Below are positions 25,216 through 36,281 of a stretch of DNA of 64,000 bases, in pieces. Location: positions 124,001 through 188,000 of the forward strand of contig JAUCBJ010003383.1 in assembly GCA_032718475.1 (NCBI GenBank). The letters are read 5' to 3'. Both the position numbers and the translations under genes were made by a program. Every line of letters begins with the position of its first letter. The stretch's first letter is position 1. Under the pieces are notes generated by a model. It had not been told where the DNA came from, ran no database searches, and saw only the letters and a program-made list of their open reading frames with translations. The DNA comes from Nemertoderma westbladi. Taxonomy: Eukaryota; Animalia; Xenacoelomorpha.

Positions 25216-26539
25216 ATGATAAACGCCTTTTTATATAAAAAGAATTTGTCAAACTATGGGTACCCAAGGTGTAGTAATGCCTGTATTTCACAATGGAAGA
25301 AGCTTCGGTACTAGTGTGTTATGAGTAAACCCCCCCCCCCCCCCCCTCAAATTTTTTTTACTAGCTAATTTTTTAAATTTATTTTTATGAAATGTTCTAG
25401 AACATGAGATATATTTGAAAAAAATAATAAAATGTTCTAGAACAAATATTTTTTGTTCTAGAACAAATTTTAAAAAAGCTTACAAATTTTATTTTTTTGT
25501 TAGTTATGTTTTATTTAAGGAAAGTGAATTTTCTAGAATAATCGAATTTCTACAGCTAAGATTTGATTTTCGCCCAACAACTAGCTGAGTTTCGTTGGAA
25601 GCTTCTACACAAAGAAAACCCATTTTCTGCTCTGTTGGATTTGATCAGAAAACATTACCCGCTGTCTGCTAAATATTAAATATTATACAGTATACGTATT
25701 CTAAGCATATCATTAATTTCTGAATATAATGACCTCAATACTGTGAATTTTGTTAATTTTAATTAGCTATTAAAAAAATACAAGGTACCCCCCCCCCCCC
25801 CCCCCCCAGCAACGATTAAAAATTATATGAAACAAATTCTAAATAAAATTTAAAAAAATTATATTTTTTGAACTGTTCTAGAACAAAAACTATTTGTTCT
25901 AGAACTTTTTTTCTAGTTCTGAATAGTTAGCATGTTCTAGAACATTACTAAAAAATAAAAATAGTACATTAATTTTTTTAATTTTTTTTAAATTGTTCTA
26001 GAACAAAAAATATTTTTTCTAGAACATATATATTTTTTTTTTAATAGCTAACACGTTCTAGAACACGTTCATAAAAATAAATAGCAAAAACTAGCTAGTA
26101 AAAAAAATTTGAGGGGGGGGGGGGTGGGTGTACCTATAACACACTAGTGCCCTTTTTTTTCCACCACTTAAATAGTTATTATGAAATTATAAATAAGTTT
26201 ATTTCGTGAATTATTTGCCTAGGTATTCATAAAGACACTGTGCAGGATATATATTCTTTCTCTAAATATATTTTTCAATTAATAATATACACCACTCAGT
26301 CACTTAAAAAATATAGCTAATTTTCTGAAAATTTTCGGATTTAACGCAACCCTTACTTATGCATGTTGTAATTTTATCAATAATAGTTTATTTTTTGCAC
26401 TAATATTCTATTTAAATTATATTGTAGTTTCCTAGCAACCTAGCTACCTGTATTATAACTATTATTTTAAGTTTTAATTACTGTCTATCATTCTCCAAGC
26501 CTTGTAGGCAGGCATTAATACCTTTAGTTATGGCTACAT

Positions 26540-26870
26540 TTATGGAGTTGATTCTCCAGGGAGCCATTGTTCCTAATGTACATTGCCAAAATCCCTCCCT
26601 CTGTCTAAGGCCTCTTCCAGGTTGGGTCCCTTCGATACCTGTTCTATTGGGGTTATTCGGAAATCATTCCACGTGTGTCCATTCTGTCCAAAATGTGCGC
26701 CAACGCAACAGCTTGGGTCCTTCCCATTAGTTATTTGTGATTTATAGTTCCTTATTCTCTGTTTAAAGTCCTTTGCCGATCCACAAGCTTGCTTCTTACA
26801 TACTTTACTGTTCACTAAATACACGACGTTCTTGCTGACACATGTCAGTTCACCTCTTATCCTATGATTT
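26540..26870 (-). mobile_element. Penelope-like GIY-YIG endonuclease remnant
   Basis: LTCVSKNVVYLVNSKVCKKQACGS..FKQRIRNYKS..VGAHF..GH..FRITPIEQV; degenerate and frameshifted. Confidence 0.8.
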
Positions 26871-27078
26871 CTATATAATTCCCAAGTACTTGAACTAAAA
26901 GTCTAATAAATATGATACAATATAATATAATATATATGTCTTATCGTATAATTATATACATTAGTTTATATAAATTATCTCGAGTATTTCGTTTGTAATA
27001 CAAATAAAAGTTTTATAATATAAGCCTCATGTGGTACTTTTAGTAAACCCTGCAATCACTATTCACATTTGTTTCCAG

Positions 27079-27446
27079 GCATCAGACGATACCTGAATCG
27101 TCATGGGTTCCAGGTTCTCCAATGCCAAATGGTTCCCACGGAATACACATTCCTCAACGAGGTCGTAGTCAAAGGTTACATACGATCAGTAATACCAGAG
27201 ATACCCGGTCTGCAACACAAACAAGTGGACCAGCTGATTGACGACATATACCAGAGTCAACTCGATTCAGCCAATAGGAATCATCTTGGTCAAATTGTTT
27301 ACACAACCTGTAATGTTTATGTCCACGCGATTCGACCTAAACGCGATATATGGCTACTTATACTTACATGCGTAGTATTTCCATGTGTTCTAGTTATCTC
27401 ATTCGCCATTGGTTACTTTAGTAGTGTTGATGCAGATGAATTTTAG
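27079..27446 (+). CDS. JHAMT-like methyltransferase, terminal exon 5 with C-terminal transmembrane segment
   Basis: TTTCCAG acceptor, phase 1; YLNRHGFQVLQC..VYVHAIRP then a 24-aa hydrophobic stretch; five exons sum to 942 nt = 313 aa + stop. Confidence 0.85.
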
Positions 27447-28309
27447 TTAATACATTGATGGTGCTTACTTACAGAACAGATGTGACAAGTGGGTTCATGG
27501 AGGATAGATTGAATTGCTGAACGACTCCCGCGGGAAATTTGAATTTAATTTGTTTCAGTATCTGCTCTAGGCCTACTATATGTACGTTAGTACCATTCAA
27601 ATCAAATTATGAATATGCGTGTCTAGTAAACTAACATACATAACATTCTTAGGTGATTTTTACCGGCAGGGCGGTAGCATCTGTTATGTTATATAGGTTT
27701 CTTCCATGTAAGGGAGCGTGTTTGTTTATGCTCTTAAACTACTGGAAACATTGCTTTGAATTTAGTTCCAATCGGCTAGATTCACCTCAATCTCCAACTT
27801 TAAATATTTTTTGTCCATATATAAATGTAGAGCGAATAATTAATTATTCAACATTTCGACGGAATCAAAATTCATCCCTTCGCGAGGGGAAATCGACGCA
27901 AATAATAACTATTTCTCTCAAAATAAAACTGTAAGCTGTTCTATTTACTTTCGTTTAATGTTTTGGTTAGAAAAACGTGCCACTGTAACCTACTAATTTA
28001 GGGCGGGGAGCGGGGAGGAAAATTCAAAAAATTGAAATTTTTAAGTATATCCTATCTGAATCAGTATGTAATGGTGATTCCAAATCTAAAGACCGTTTTT
28101 CCATATCTTGTTTCGTTCACGAGATATCGTGTGTGAAGTACGGGTAGTCTCTAATGTCGCGATATAAATATAAATATAAATCGTTAAATTGTATTTACCC
28201 ATGAATGATTTTTTCGCAATGACATTTAATTGTATTAATTCCAACATATGGAGTAAAGATTTGAAATCAATGAATATATTGTTGCAATAAATTAATAAGA
28301 TTATTTAAT

Positions 28310-29885
28310 AAAAAGAGTTCATGTTAATCATTAGAGGGGGAGGGGTCGGTGGGCAGGTCTGCAAGGAACATTGCCGTACGTAACGCTGATATAGCTGGAG
28401 GGACGCCGGCGCACGCTCTATAGTGTACCGCACTGTCCGCTGCGGCCCCGCATAAGCGACAGTGGCACTGTTCAGCTGGACGCCAGCAGCTGGGGGTCGC
28501 ACAGAGTTTGTGGTGAAAACCGTTTGCGATGAGCTGACCAGCGGTGCGGCGCCGATAGCCAGTTAGATTAGCCGGGTCTATTTCAGACGTTTCGGGGTCA
28601 TCTACGACCAACAAGATTGCGGTTGACGAGGCGAATTTGCTAATACCGAACCAGAGTTTCCAATAGAAAGCCCAAATTCTATGGTCCAGCTGGTCCAGCT
28701 GTGCAATATTATTTTCCGAAGTGAAAACGCTGCATCCGTAGGATATAGAAGGGTAAATGATGGCAAGCCATAATCGTTTTGCGATCGTCATGGATACAAC
28801 ATTTAATTTAACTTTGGTAGCGAGGCGCATACAGCAGGCAATACCTTTACTATATAAATGGGCGTAGTAGCCACCGGGGCCATTTTTCGTTGATAGAACG
28901 ACCCCTAGATATTCGAAGGTGGGTTGGAATTCTATTGGAGTACCGTTATACGTCAATATGTCATTGCGGCAGAGTCGACCGCCGTTTCAGAATTTTACTG
29001 CTTTTGTTTTCAGTATATTGACTTGTAGGTCGTTGCGGGAGCAATAGTCAGATAATTTATCTAAACCATCCTGGACTGTATCTATCGAGTCACCGGCTAT
29101 TACGAGGTCATTAGCGTACATGATTACCCAGCAAGCAACTGCCATAATTGCTGCTGGTAAGTCGGCGACTAAAAGGCTGAACAATAAGGGGGAGAGTTTA
29201 TCTCCTTGGACTACCCCTACAGTTTGGCTGATTGGTTCCAGAACGTACGGTCCAATACAAAGACATACAAAGTTAATCGCAATTAGCGCCCAAATAACAC
29301 GTATGAACTTGCTGCTGACACCACAGGCTGATAACTTCTTGCAGAGAGTCTCTCATTTACCGAGTCGAACGCCTTTGTAAAGTCGACAAATATACAGTAT
29401 AGATGGCCGCCAGAAGGCGCTATTGCCATGTTGATACGGCTATACAAAGATTTAACGGCCATTATTTTGGAGCGGGCCTTCCGAAAACCGTATTGTTGAT
29501 CGGGTAGAATGCAATTAGCTTCCGCCCACTTGTATAGTCTCGAGCTAATGATTGTGGTGTAAACAGGAAAGTAAACAGGAAAGGAGTGCGATACCCCGAT
29601 AACAGTTAGGGTCGGACTTCGCTCCCTTGCCCTTGTAAAGAGGAATCAAATATACGAGATAAGCCACTGAACTGGGCAGCTGGCGGTTGAGAAACACAGC
29701 GAGAACAGGGCAAGTAGGTATCGGAGAAGGTGCGCCAATCCCCACTTGAGGGATTCGTTAGTGATCCCGTCGGGACCAACCGCCTTCTTTCGCTTCTGGT
29801 TTTTTACGGCTTCAGTAACTTCGTTTGCATCTATAGGTGCGTCGAGTATGCCATCGGGATTGTCTGGGATATCAGGGAAGTTTGG
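28310..29885 (-). mobile_element. Degraded, 5'-truncated LINE reverse transcriptase
   Basis: KAVGPDGI, PLYKGKG..NCYRGIAL, FVDFTKAFDS, GVVQGDKLSPLLF, MYANDL, FEYLGV across broken frames; C-terminal Cys/His cluster. Confidence 0.88.
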
Positions 29886-29907
29886 GTCGCGTTTTAATTT
29901 TAGTTAA

Positions 29908-32880
29908 GGGGGGGGGTATAATAATAGACCATAAATTTTGGACGCTCTAAAGATGCATCTAAAATTATTTTTTTGCTAGGAGTCATATTTTGAGTTTTGT
30001 GACTAAGGAATTAAAATTTTGGAAAAATTCAAAATTTTTCAAAAAATTTATTTTTTCGCCAAAATTTTGCCAAAAAGGCAAAAAATGAAAAAAATGCTAA
30101 GGCTTCTAGCCAAATTATCCAAATACTTCAAAACTCACGTGAGAAAGTCAGTAGGACGTCCCAAACGATTTGCATTGACAAAATTTTGATATCTTGTCGA
30201 GAAGAGCAAAAAGCACCAAAAGGGACATTTTTGGTCCAAAAAATGACCAAAATTTCAAAAATTTGGCCCAATTTTTTGAAAAAATTGAGTTTTTAAAAAA
30301 ATATCAAAATTTTATCAATGCATTTTGTAAAGGACCCCACAATCATCGATCATGCAAAAAATCAGCACATTTGGGCCATTTTTGACAGAGCCTTAGCATT
30401 TTTCGTTTGAAAAATGCTAATTGGAGAAAAACAGGTTTAAAGTTAAAGTTTGTTTATTTTATTATGAAGTTAAATTTTTGAAATTTCGATTAAATGAGAT
30501 AAACTCAGTGAATTCTAATAAAATTTTTTTCATCTAGTTCCAAATTTTATGTAGATTCCAAAAATTGTATTATTATCGCATGTTAATCTTAAGGTCATAT
30601 TATTTCATATAAAAGACATGTTAAAGGGTGTGAATTTTTTGACAAAATTTGAACAAAAAACTGAAATCAATAAAAAATAATAATTCAAATTAGGCACTAT
30701 ATTAATATTCATTAATTAAAATCAAATTTAAAAATTTAAAATGAAATTTAAAAAGTTAATTAAAAGGCCCCAGATTTATATGACTTATGATCGGGTGCTT
30801 GCCATTTCTTTGATGGTTTGTGTTCAGTACTTTTCTGTTTACGTTTTAGGTTGACCTTCTTTGCTCGTTCTGCAAGGTCACCATCATCTTCCTCAAGGCC
30901 AAGCTTCTTCAAAATTATCTGTTCTGCTGAACACCCCCGATTGTGAACTAAAACAGTATACGAAACATGAAACATGAGTGTACTTAGACCCACAAACGTT
31001 TCTTTAGATAGACGAGTCCATAGCCGTGAATGCAGAGATTCGTTCGGATTTTGTGTGAGGCCAGGGATACAGCGTTCCAGAATTTCGCTCGTTGTTAGGC
31101 GTTCATAAACAGGTAAAATAAACTTCATGTTTGCCCCTTTTATAAATGTTACATTTTTGTAACTTATAGCATTGTTTTTGAATTTACACCACTTATTTTC
31201 AGGGCATAACTCATGTTGTTTCTCAACATTATCTCCATAATCACAATAGTGATGTGTTGCAGCCACGATTTCACTTCGAATCGTGCTTATGAGCACTGAT
31301 TTTTCAGTCTCTGAGAGTTTATCTATATCAACATCTCCTATATTCTTCACGATCGTATTTCGGTAATATGACTGCAATTGGTGACATCGACTATCAGTCA
31401 ACCCTCCCTTGCCTCCAAGTTTATGAGTTTTGCGAGCATTGGAAAGACCTGTATATAGACGCTTCGCAACGTGGTTCAGGCACTCTTTCTTCTGCACTGT
31501 TACATTCTGCTCTCTGTAAGGATCGGACTCCAATATGTTCTTCATAACGCTGCTGTCGCCATCCGATACCATTGATTGATATATGACACCATTATTTGAT
31601 AGGGATCTATTGAATAGTTTAACAGCTAAATGAGGTTCCATACCTGAACTGGACCCTGAATAATTTATATTACACTCATGATCAGCATTGCCATCTTCTT
31701 CTTTGTTGCGGCTACAAATATTACAGTATTTTGAACAAACATCGAAATCAATGACATGTCCTGTATTTTCGGATATGATAAACGCGGCACCATAAAGTGA
31801 TTGATGGCCTCTTTTCATCCATGTACCGTCAAAAGATATACATATTTCCCTGTCAATCTCTTTCATTGCACAATTTTTTGCATTTCCTCGTGCAAGTGAT
31901 TCCGTGACCTTCGAGATTTCGTTGACATGAAATTGCCAGGCTCTCTTTGCAACAGGAGATGGTAGTGACATTATTCTAGAAAACGTCTCTGCATCACCAT
32001 GGGTCCCACCAACACAAAGCCAAGCCAGTACTGCACGAAGATTCACATCCGCTGTTTTTCTTCCAGGACGAGGTTCAGTTTGAGAAAATTGGTCGCTCGT
32101 GAAAGTAGAATATTGCCAATCACAACGTGAACATTTCCCCTCAAAATTGGTACTATAACCACGATGTGACTCATTTATCACTACTGTACCGTCACATTGC
32201 TTATCATCATGTTTCTCCATTATCAGTTTCTTTATTATTTGCGTTGCTACAACGTTATATCCCTCCAACTTTCCATCTGAGGGTAGGACATTCAGATTCG
32301 ATGCTAATAGCGACGGTTCTCGATCTTTTGGCACTACCGGCACCAGTACTGAAATCGATTTCATATGCGCGAGGTTCAATGTACCGGTATCTTGTTTCTT
32401 GGTTCCTCGAAATCCTGCTTTCCGTTGTTGAGTTATTCGTGGCATACTGTATTATAAAAATTATATCGTCAACGATGTATGTACAATTTTCGATTCGAAG
32501 ATGGAGGACGCTCTATAGTCTGTGTCCGTCAAAACTGCTGATTGCATTGATTGAAACACCAATACAGCATACAGTTAGTAACTAAAACATAACAATGTGC
32601 AAATTCTCGTTTTAAACTTCCCGCTAAAATACATTCCAACCTGTAATAACTTATTAGCCAATACAATGATTTCAGTGCAACAAGCCGGAAATTTTGTTAA
32701 TTTTTGTCATTTTTTTCAAATAATTTTCAGGATGCGTGTCTATATAATGAGCCATAACTCGAAAACTAGACACGCTAGAAATAAACTGTTTACAGATTTG
32801 AAATCTCCATAAAATTTGCTACAAGAAACGGGTATAAAATTTTTTTTATATTTTTTGACCCCAATTATTATACCCCCCCC
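29908..32880 (-). mobile_element. Full-length Kolobok-type DNA transposon
   Basis: TTAA at 29904-29907 and 32881-32884; TIR G8-9TATAATAAT; intact DDE transposase inside. Confidence 0.85.
30760..32445 (-). CDS. DDE transposase (Kolobok / Mutator-like domain), 561 aa
   Basis: SFDGTWMKRGH, SKYCNIC, SSSGME, SDGDSS, ECLNHVAKR, TQNPNESLH. Confidence 0.92.
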   Translation of the reverse strand: MPRITQQRKAGFRGTKKQDTGTLNLAHMKSISVLVPVVPKDREPSLLASNLNVLPSDGKLEGYNVVATQIIKKLIMEKHDDKQCDGTVVINESHRGYSTNFEGKCSRCDWQYSTFTSDQFSQTEPRPGRKTADVNLRAVLAWLCVGGTHGDAETFSRIMSLPSPVAKRAWQFHVNEISKVTESLARGNAKNCAMKEIDREICISFDGTWMKRGHQSLYGAAFIISENTGHVIDFDVCSKYCNICSRNKEEDGNADHECNINYSGSSSGMEPHLAVKLFNRSLSNNGVIYQSMVSDGDSSVMKNILESDPYREQNVTVQKKECLNHVAKRLYTGLSNARKTHKLGGKGGLTDSRCHQLQSYYRNTIVKNIGDVDIDKLSETEKSVLISTIRSEIVAATHHYCDYGDNVEKQHELCPENKWCKFKNNAISYKNVTFIKGANMKFILPVYERLTTSEILERCIPGLTQNPNESLHSRLWTRLSKETFVGLSTLMFHVSYTVLVHNRGCSAEQIILKKLGLEEDDGDLAERAKKVNLKRKQKSTEHKPSKKWQAPDHKSYKSGAF

Positions 32881-33094
32881 TTAAAACGCGACTAAATATT
32901 TAAAAAGCGAATTAATAGTCGCGTAAAATTTATATAATAAATTTCCGCAATGAACGTGTCTTAAAAAGGTTTCATACCCACACAAGTTTCATTTTTTATC
33001 TTACAGAACTCATTTAGGTCTCATTTGAAAGGGAATTTTTAGGAGAACAAGTTAGTTTACGTTACATCCAAAATGTTATATGAATTCGATGGTA

Positions 33095-33380
33095 TTGAGT
33101 CGAAAGTCCGAATGAGACGAAGGTCCGAATGGGATGAAGGTCCGAAAGTGGCCGTCTGGATCGCATTTTTTTCGGACCTTCGTCCTGTTCGGACCTTTGT
33201 TCCATTCGGACCTTCGCCCTGGGTGTGTTGGGCCTTCGCGTACGGCCAAGAACTGTACTATATAGAAGAAAAGGTTTGTATGGGCCAATGGCAACAAACA
33301 TTAGTTGTTTATCATCCCCTGACGAAGGTCCGAATAACGAGGACGAAGGTCCGAAATAATGTGGAAATCTTTCTCACACC
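33095..33380. mobile_element. MITE with ~17-bp subterminal repeats (GGTCCGAATGGGACGAA-like); related fragment at 37525-37600
   Basis: Tandem and inverted GGTCCGAA units. Confidence 0.55.
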
Positions 33381-33781
33381 GTCATGTGAATTGTTACGGA
33401 CATGATTTATAAAACTCTCATATTGGCAAACGTAGGCTATTAACAAATTCATTCTGAGCTACATGTAATTTAAATTTAAAAACGCTGCTTGGGTAAGCGA
33501 TCATTTAAACAAGAGCAAGCATAGCCTAAACTGTATGTGACACTGTATTAACGAGGAGCCAAGCAACTTGCGAGATGCTATGTTTAAATCAATTTTTCAA
33601 CATAGGCCCCGACTTTCTCCAGATAAACAATATCTAAAACAGCGTCAATTATTTAACTTATTCTATCTTATGACATTGGTAATAAATTAAATGGAGTAGG
33701 CCTACAGACAATTACGACCCGGACTATTATAGCTCAATATCAAGCGAGTTAATGTAATGGAACGATGCCTTTCGTGGTGTA

Positions 33782-35996
33782 CTACTACTACTAGGTCGAG
33801 CGAACTCGGACAGTGGAAATGAGATCCTTCCAGGCTTCCCGATTCTCCATAGTTGTCGCAATTTCGTTTCTCCCAAGTTCAGTATCCCTTTCAATTTGAT
33901 CTATATATGTTATGGCAGGTCGTCCACGACTACGCTTTCCATGAGTTGGTTGCCAGAGAAGTAGATCTGGTATGACCTCGTCTTTACTTCGCCAGCAGTG
34001 CCCACTGAATCTTAATCTGCATTCGCGGAGGATGGTTGATACAGGTGGTATTGTACCATAAAGCTCGGCGTTTGTCATGTGTTGTCTCCAGCTGATGTTT
34101 AGGGCTGCCCTTAGTAGTCTTGTGTAGCAACCATCAATTCGTTGTTCAAGTGATTTAGTCAGTGTCCAGGTCTCACCCCTGTATAAAAATACACTTTCCA
34201 CTGTGGCTCGAAAGAACTTGGTCTTCAGGTGCCTGGAGAGATCTGATTTCCAGATGGTATCCATTTTTGATAGAGCTACCCAAGCCTTTGCTTTCCTAAC
34301 TTCTATGTCCTTTTTGCTACTCTCTATCCATGATCCAAGGTACTGGAAGTCATCGACCTTCCTTAGTTGATTATTATCAATGGTTGTCAAGTTTCCATCA
34401 ACATTAAAGGTCATGAATTCGGTCTTGGAAGCATTTATATGCAATCCAACCTCCTTAGCAGCCCTCTCCACTTTATTTAGTAGAAGCTGTGCATCTGCTA
34501 TCGTATTAGAGAGCAGGGCGATGTCATCCGCAAAGTCGGTGTCTGTGACTGTAGTTGCCGGATATCTACTACTTCTGCGTTCTTGAAGTGTGAATCCCAG
34601 ATCTTCACCCTTTGTGGCCGTCCTCATTGCGTAATCCAGCACAATTACAAATAGTAATGGTGCTAATGTGTCACCTTGCAGTACGCCAGCCAGGATTGAG
34701 AAAAACTCAGTTTCACCATCTGGTGAGAGTACCTGCGCTTCTGTGTCACAATATAGCAATCCAATGCCAGCAACAATTACTTCTGGTATTCCATAAGCTC
34801 CTAGGATTTCAAGCATTTTACCTCTATGGATGGAGTCGAATGCCTTCTTGAAGTCCACAAAAGTCATGACTGCGGGGAGATTCTTTGACTTAATTCCTTC
34901 AATCAGTCTCCGTAGTGCAAGTATCTGAGCTATTGTTGATCTACTTGGTCGAAATCCGTTTTTGCTCTTACGCAGTAGTTTCTCTATGTGAGGCCTAATC
35001 CTATATAGAATCATTTTATTGTATATTTTGGCAGCTACCACAAGCAGACAGATCCCACGATAGTTTGTTGGTATTCCGAGGTCTCCTTTCTTGGTGAGAG
35101 GCTTTAGTTGACCTTTAGTCCAAATTGGTGGTGGCTTTTCCCCTTTTAACATCCGGTTGCAAACATTCAATAATGGTCTATTTAGCACTCCGGTTTTCCA
35201 TACCTCCGCTGGGATTTCATCTAATCCACTCGCTTTATTATTGGACATGCTTTTAATGCTTCTTTGGAGTTCGGCAGGTGTGAAGTCCCCTGTTTCTATA
35301 GGTAGTGTCTTGTCATATATTTTCCTTGTAGGGCTGACCTCGATGTTTGGTGGCTGCCCAAGCAAGTTGCTGAAGTGATTTTTCCACTTCCCAACACGTT
35401 CTTCAGGACTATCGGCTTTGAGGCGCCCCTTTGCACAACTTTTCCGACCAGATACCTCATTTACAGTTTGCCAGGTAAGTCTTGATTGTTGCTGTATGTG
35501 AGTAGTTGTAATTGCTTCAGTTTTATCCTGTATGTACTTTTCCTGGCTGATGTTGTAGGCCAATTTAAGATCGTCCTTCGCTTTCTCAACCTTGTTAATG
35601 TTTTCGGTTGTTGGTTGTTCGGTTTTAACTTTGTAGGCTATCTTAAGATCTTCTCTCTTACAAGTAACCTCAGAGTTTTGCCATGGCACATACTGTTTTC
35701 GTTTAGGTTTCTGGGGGATATGCCTCTTAGCTGATTCCTTGTGGGCTGTTATTATATTCTGGTATATTGAATCGGTGGATTGGTCTTCATCCATTGACTG
35801 AAGTGCTTCAAAGCGGTTTTGAACTTCTACTGTATAAGCTTCCTTTACAGCATTGTCAGTTCTGAGTTTCTCCCAGTCATAGTTGATTTGCTTGCTTGTC
35901 CTGGGTTTGCTGGCTCTCAAACTGAGTCTGATCTCTGCAGTCACAATTCTGTGGTCCGAACCAATTAGGTTGAACGAGCTGTCGTATTGAATCGAA
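33782..35996 (-). mobile_element. 5'-truncated RTE-clade LINE
   Basis: (TAG)n tail right after the stop codon; candidate 11-bp TSD TTCGTGGYGTA at 33771-33781 and 35997-36007. Confidence 0.93.
33791..35944 (-). CDS. RTE reverse transcriptase ORF (717 aa open; endonuclease missing through truncation)
   Basis: SDH just upstream; NYRGI, FVDFKKAFDS, GVLQGDTLAP, DFADD, FQYLGS, GRP tail. Confidence 0.9.
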   Translation of the reverse strand: MTAEIRLSLRASKPRTSKQINYDWEKLRTDNAVKEAYTVEVQNRFEALQSMDEDQSTDSIYQNIITAHKESAKRHIPQKPKRKQYVPWQNSEVTCKREDLKIAYKVKTEQPTTENINKVEKAKDDLKLAYNISQEKYIQDKTEAITTTHIQQQSRLTWQTVNEVSGRKSCAKGRLKADSPEERVGKWKNHFSNLLGQPPNIEVSPTRKIYDKTLPIETGDFTPAELQRSIKSMSNNKASGLDEIPAEVWKTGVLNRPLLNVCNRMLKGEKPPPIWTKGQLKPLTKKGDLGIPTNYRGICLLVVAAKIYNKMILYRIRPHIEKLLRKSKNGFRPSRSTIAQILALRRLIEGIKSKNLPAVMTFVDFKKAFDSIHRGKMLEILGAYGIPEVIVAGIGLLYCDTEAQVLSPDGETEFFSILAGVLQGDTLAPLLFVIVLDYAMRTATKGEDLGFTLQERRSSRYPATTVTDTDFADDIALLSNTIADAQLLLNKVERAAKEVGLHINASKTEFMTFNVDGNLTTIDNNQLRKVDDFQYLGSWIESSKKDIEVRKAKAWVALSKMDTIWKSDLSRHLKTKFFRATVESVFLYRGETWTLTKSLEQRIDGCYTRLLRAALNISWRQHMTNAELYGTIPPVSTILRECRLRFSGHCWRSKDEVIPDLLLWQPTHGKRSRGRPAITYIDQIERDTELGRNEIATTMENREAWKDLISTVRVRST

Positions 35997-36281
35997 TTCG
36001 TGGCGTAAGCATACTCAAATTATAAATATTTATGACGAGTAAGGGTCTTGAGCCACGGCTAATATAAAATATTGTTAGTTTACCATATACTGTAGCTATT
36101 TCACGCTTCCCGCGCGTCTTCAGTGTTATATTATTTTAAATACAATATGAATAAAATTTAACTAAAAAAAAAAATTATGTACAGTAGTTATGACTATTTT
36201 AATTAAGATATTAGCTGTGTAAATGGCAGACCGGTAGAAGAAGTTGAGCATGGTTAGAAATTATATCGGAAATTCATAATG

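Larger units (their letters stand above)
23810..26148. repeat. Nested MITE region rich in the palindrome GTTCTAGAAC, including a TIR element at 25310-26148
   Basis: Many TGTTCTAGAACA copies; ~50-bp inverted ends ACTAGTGTGTTAT..CnTCAAATTTTTTTTACTAGCTA. Confidence 0.65.

Noticed and set aside
32127-32585. 152-aa + strand ORF as a Kolobok second protein
   Set aside because: Mostly antisense to the transposase start, with no motif support
28310-32900. LINE split by the Kolobok insertion
   Set aside because: Sequence right of the element is not LINE; the LINE simply ends near 29885 and both flanks carry an ACGCGAC-type repeat motif
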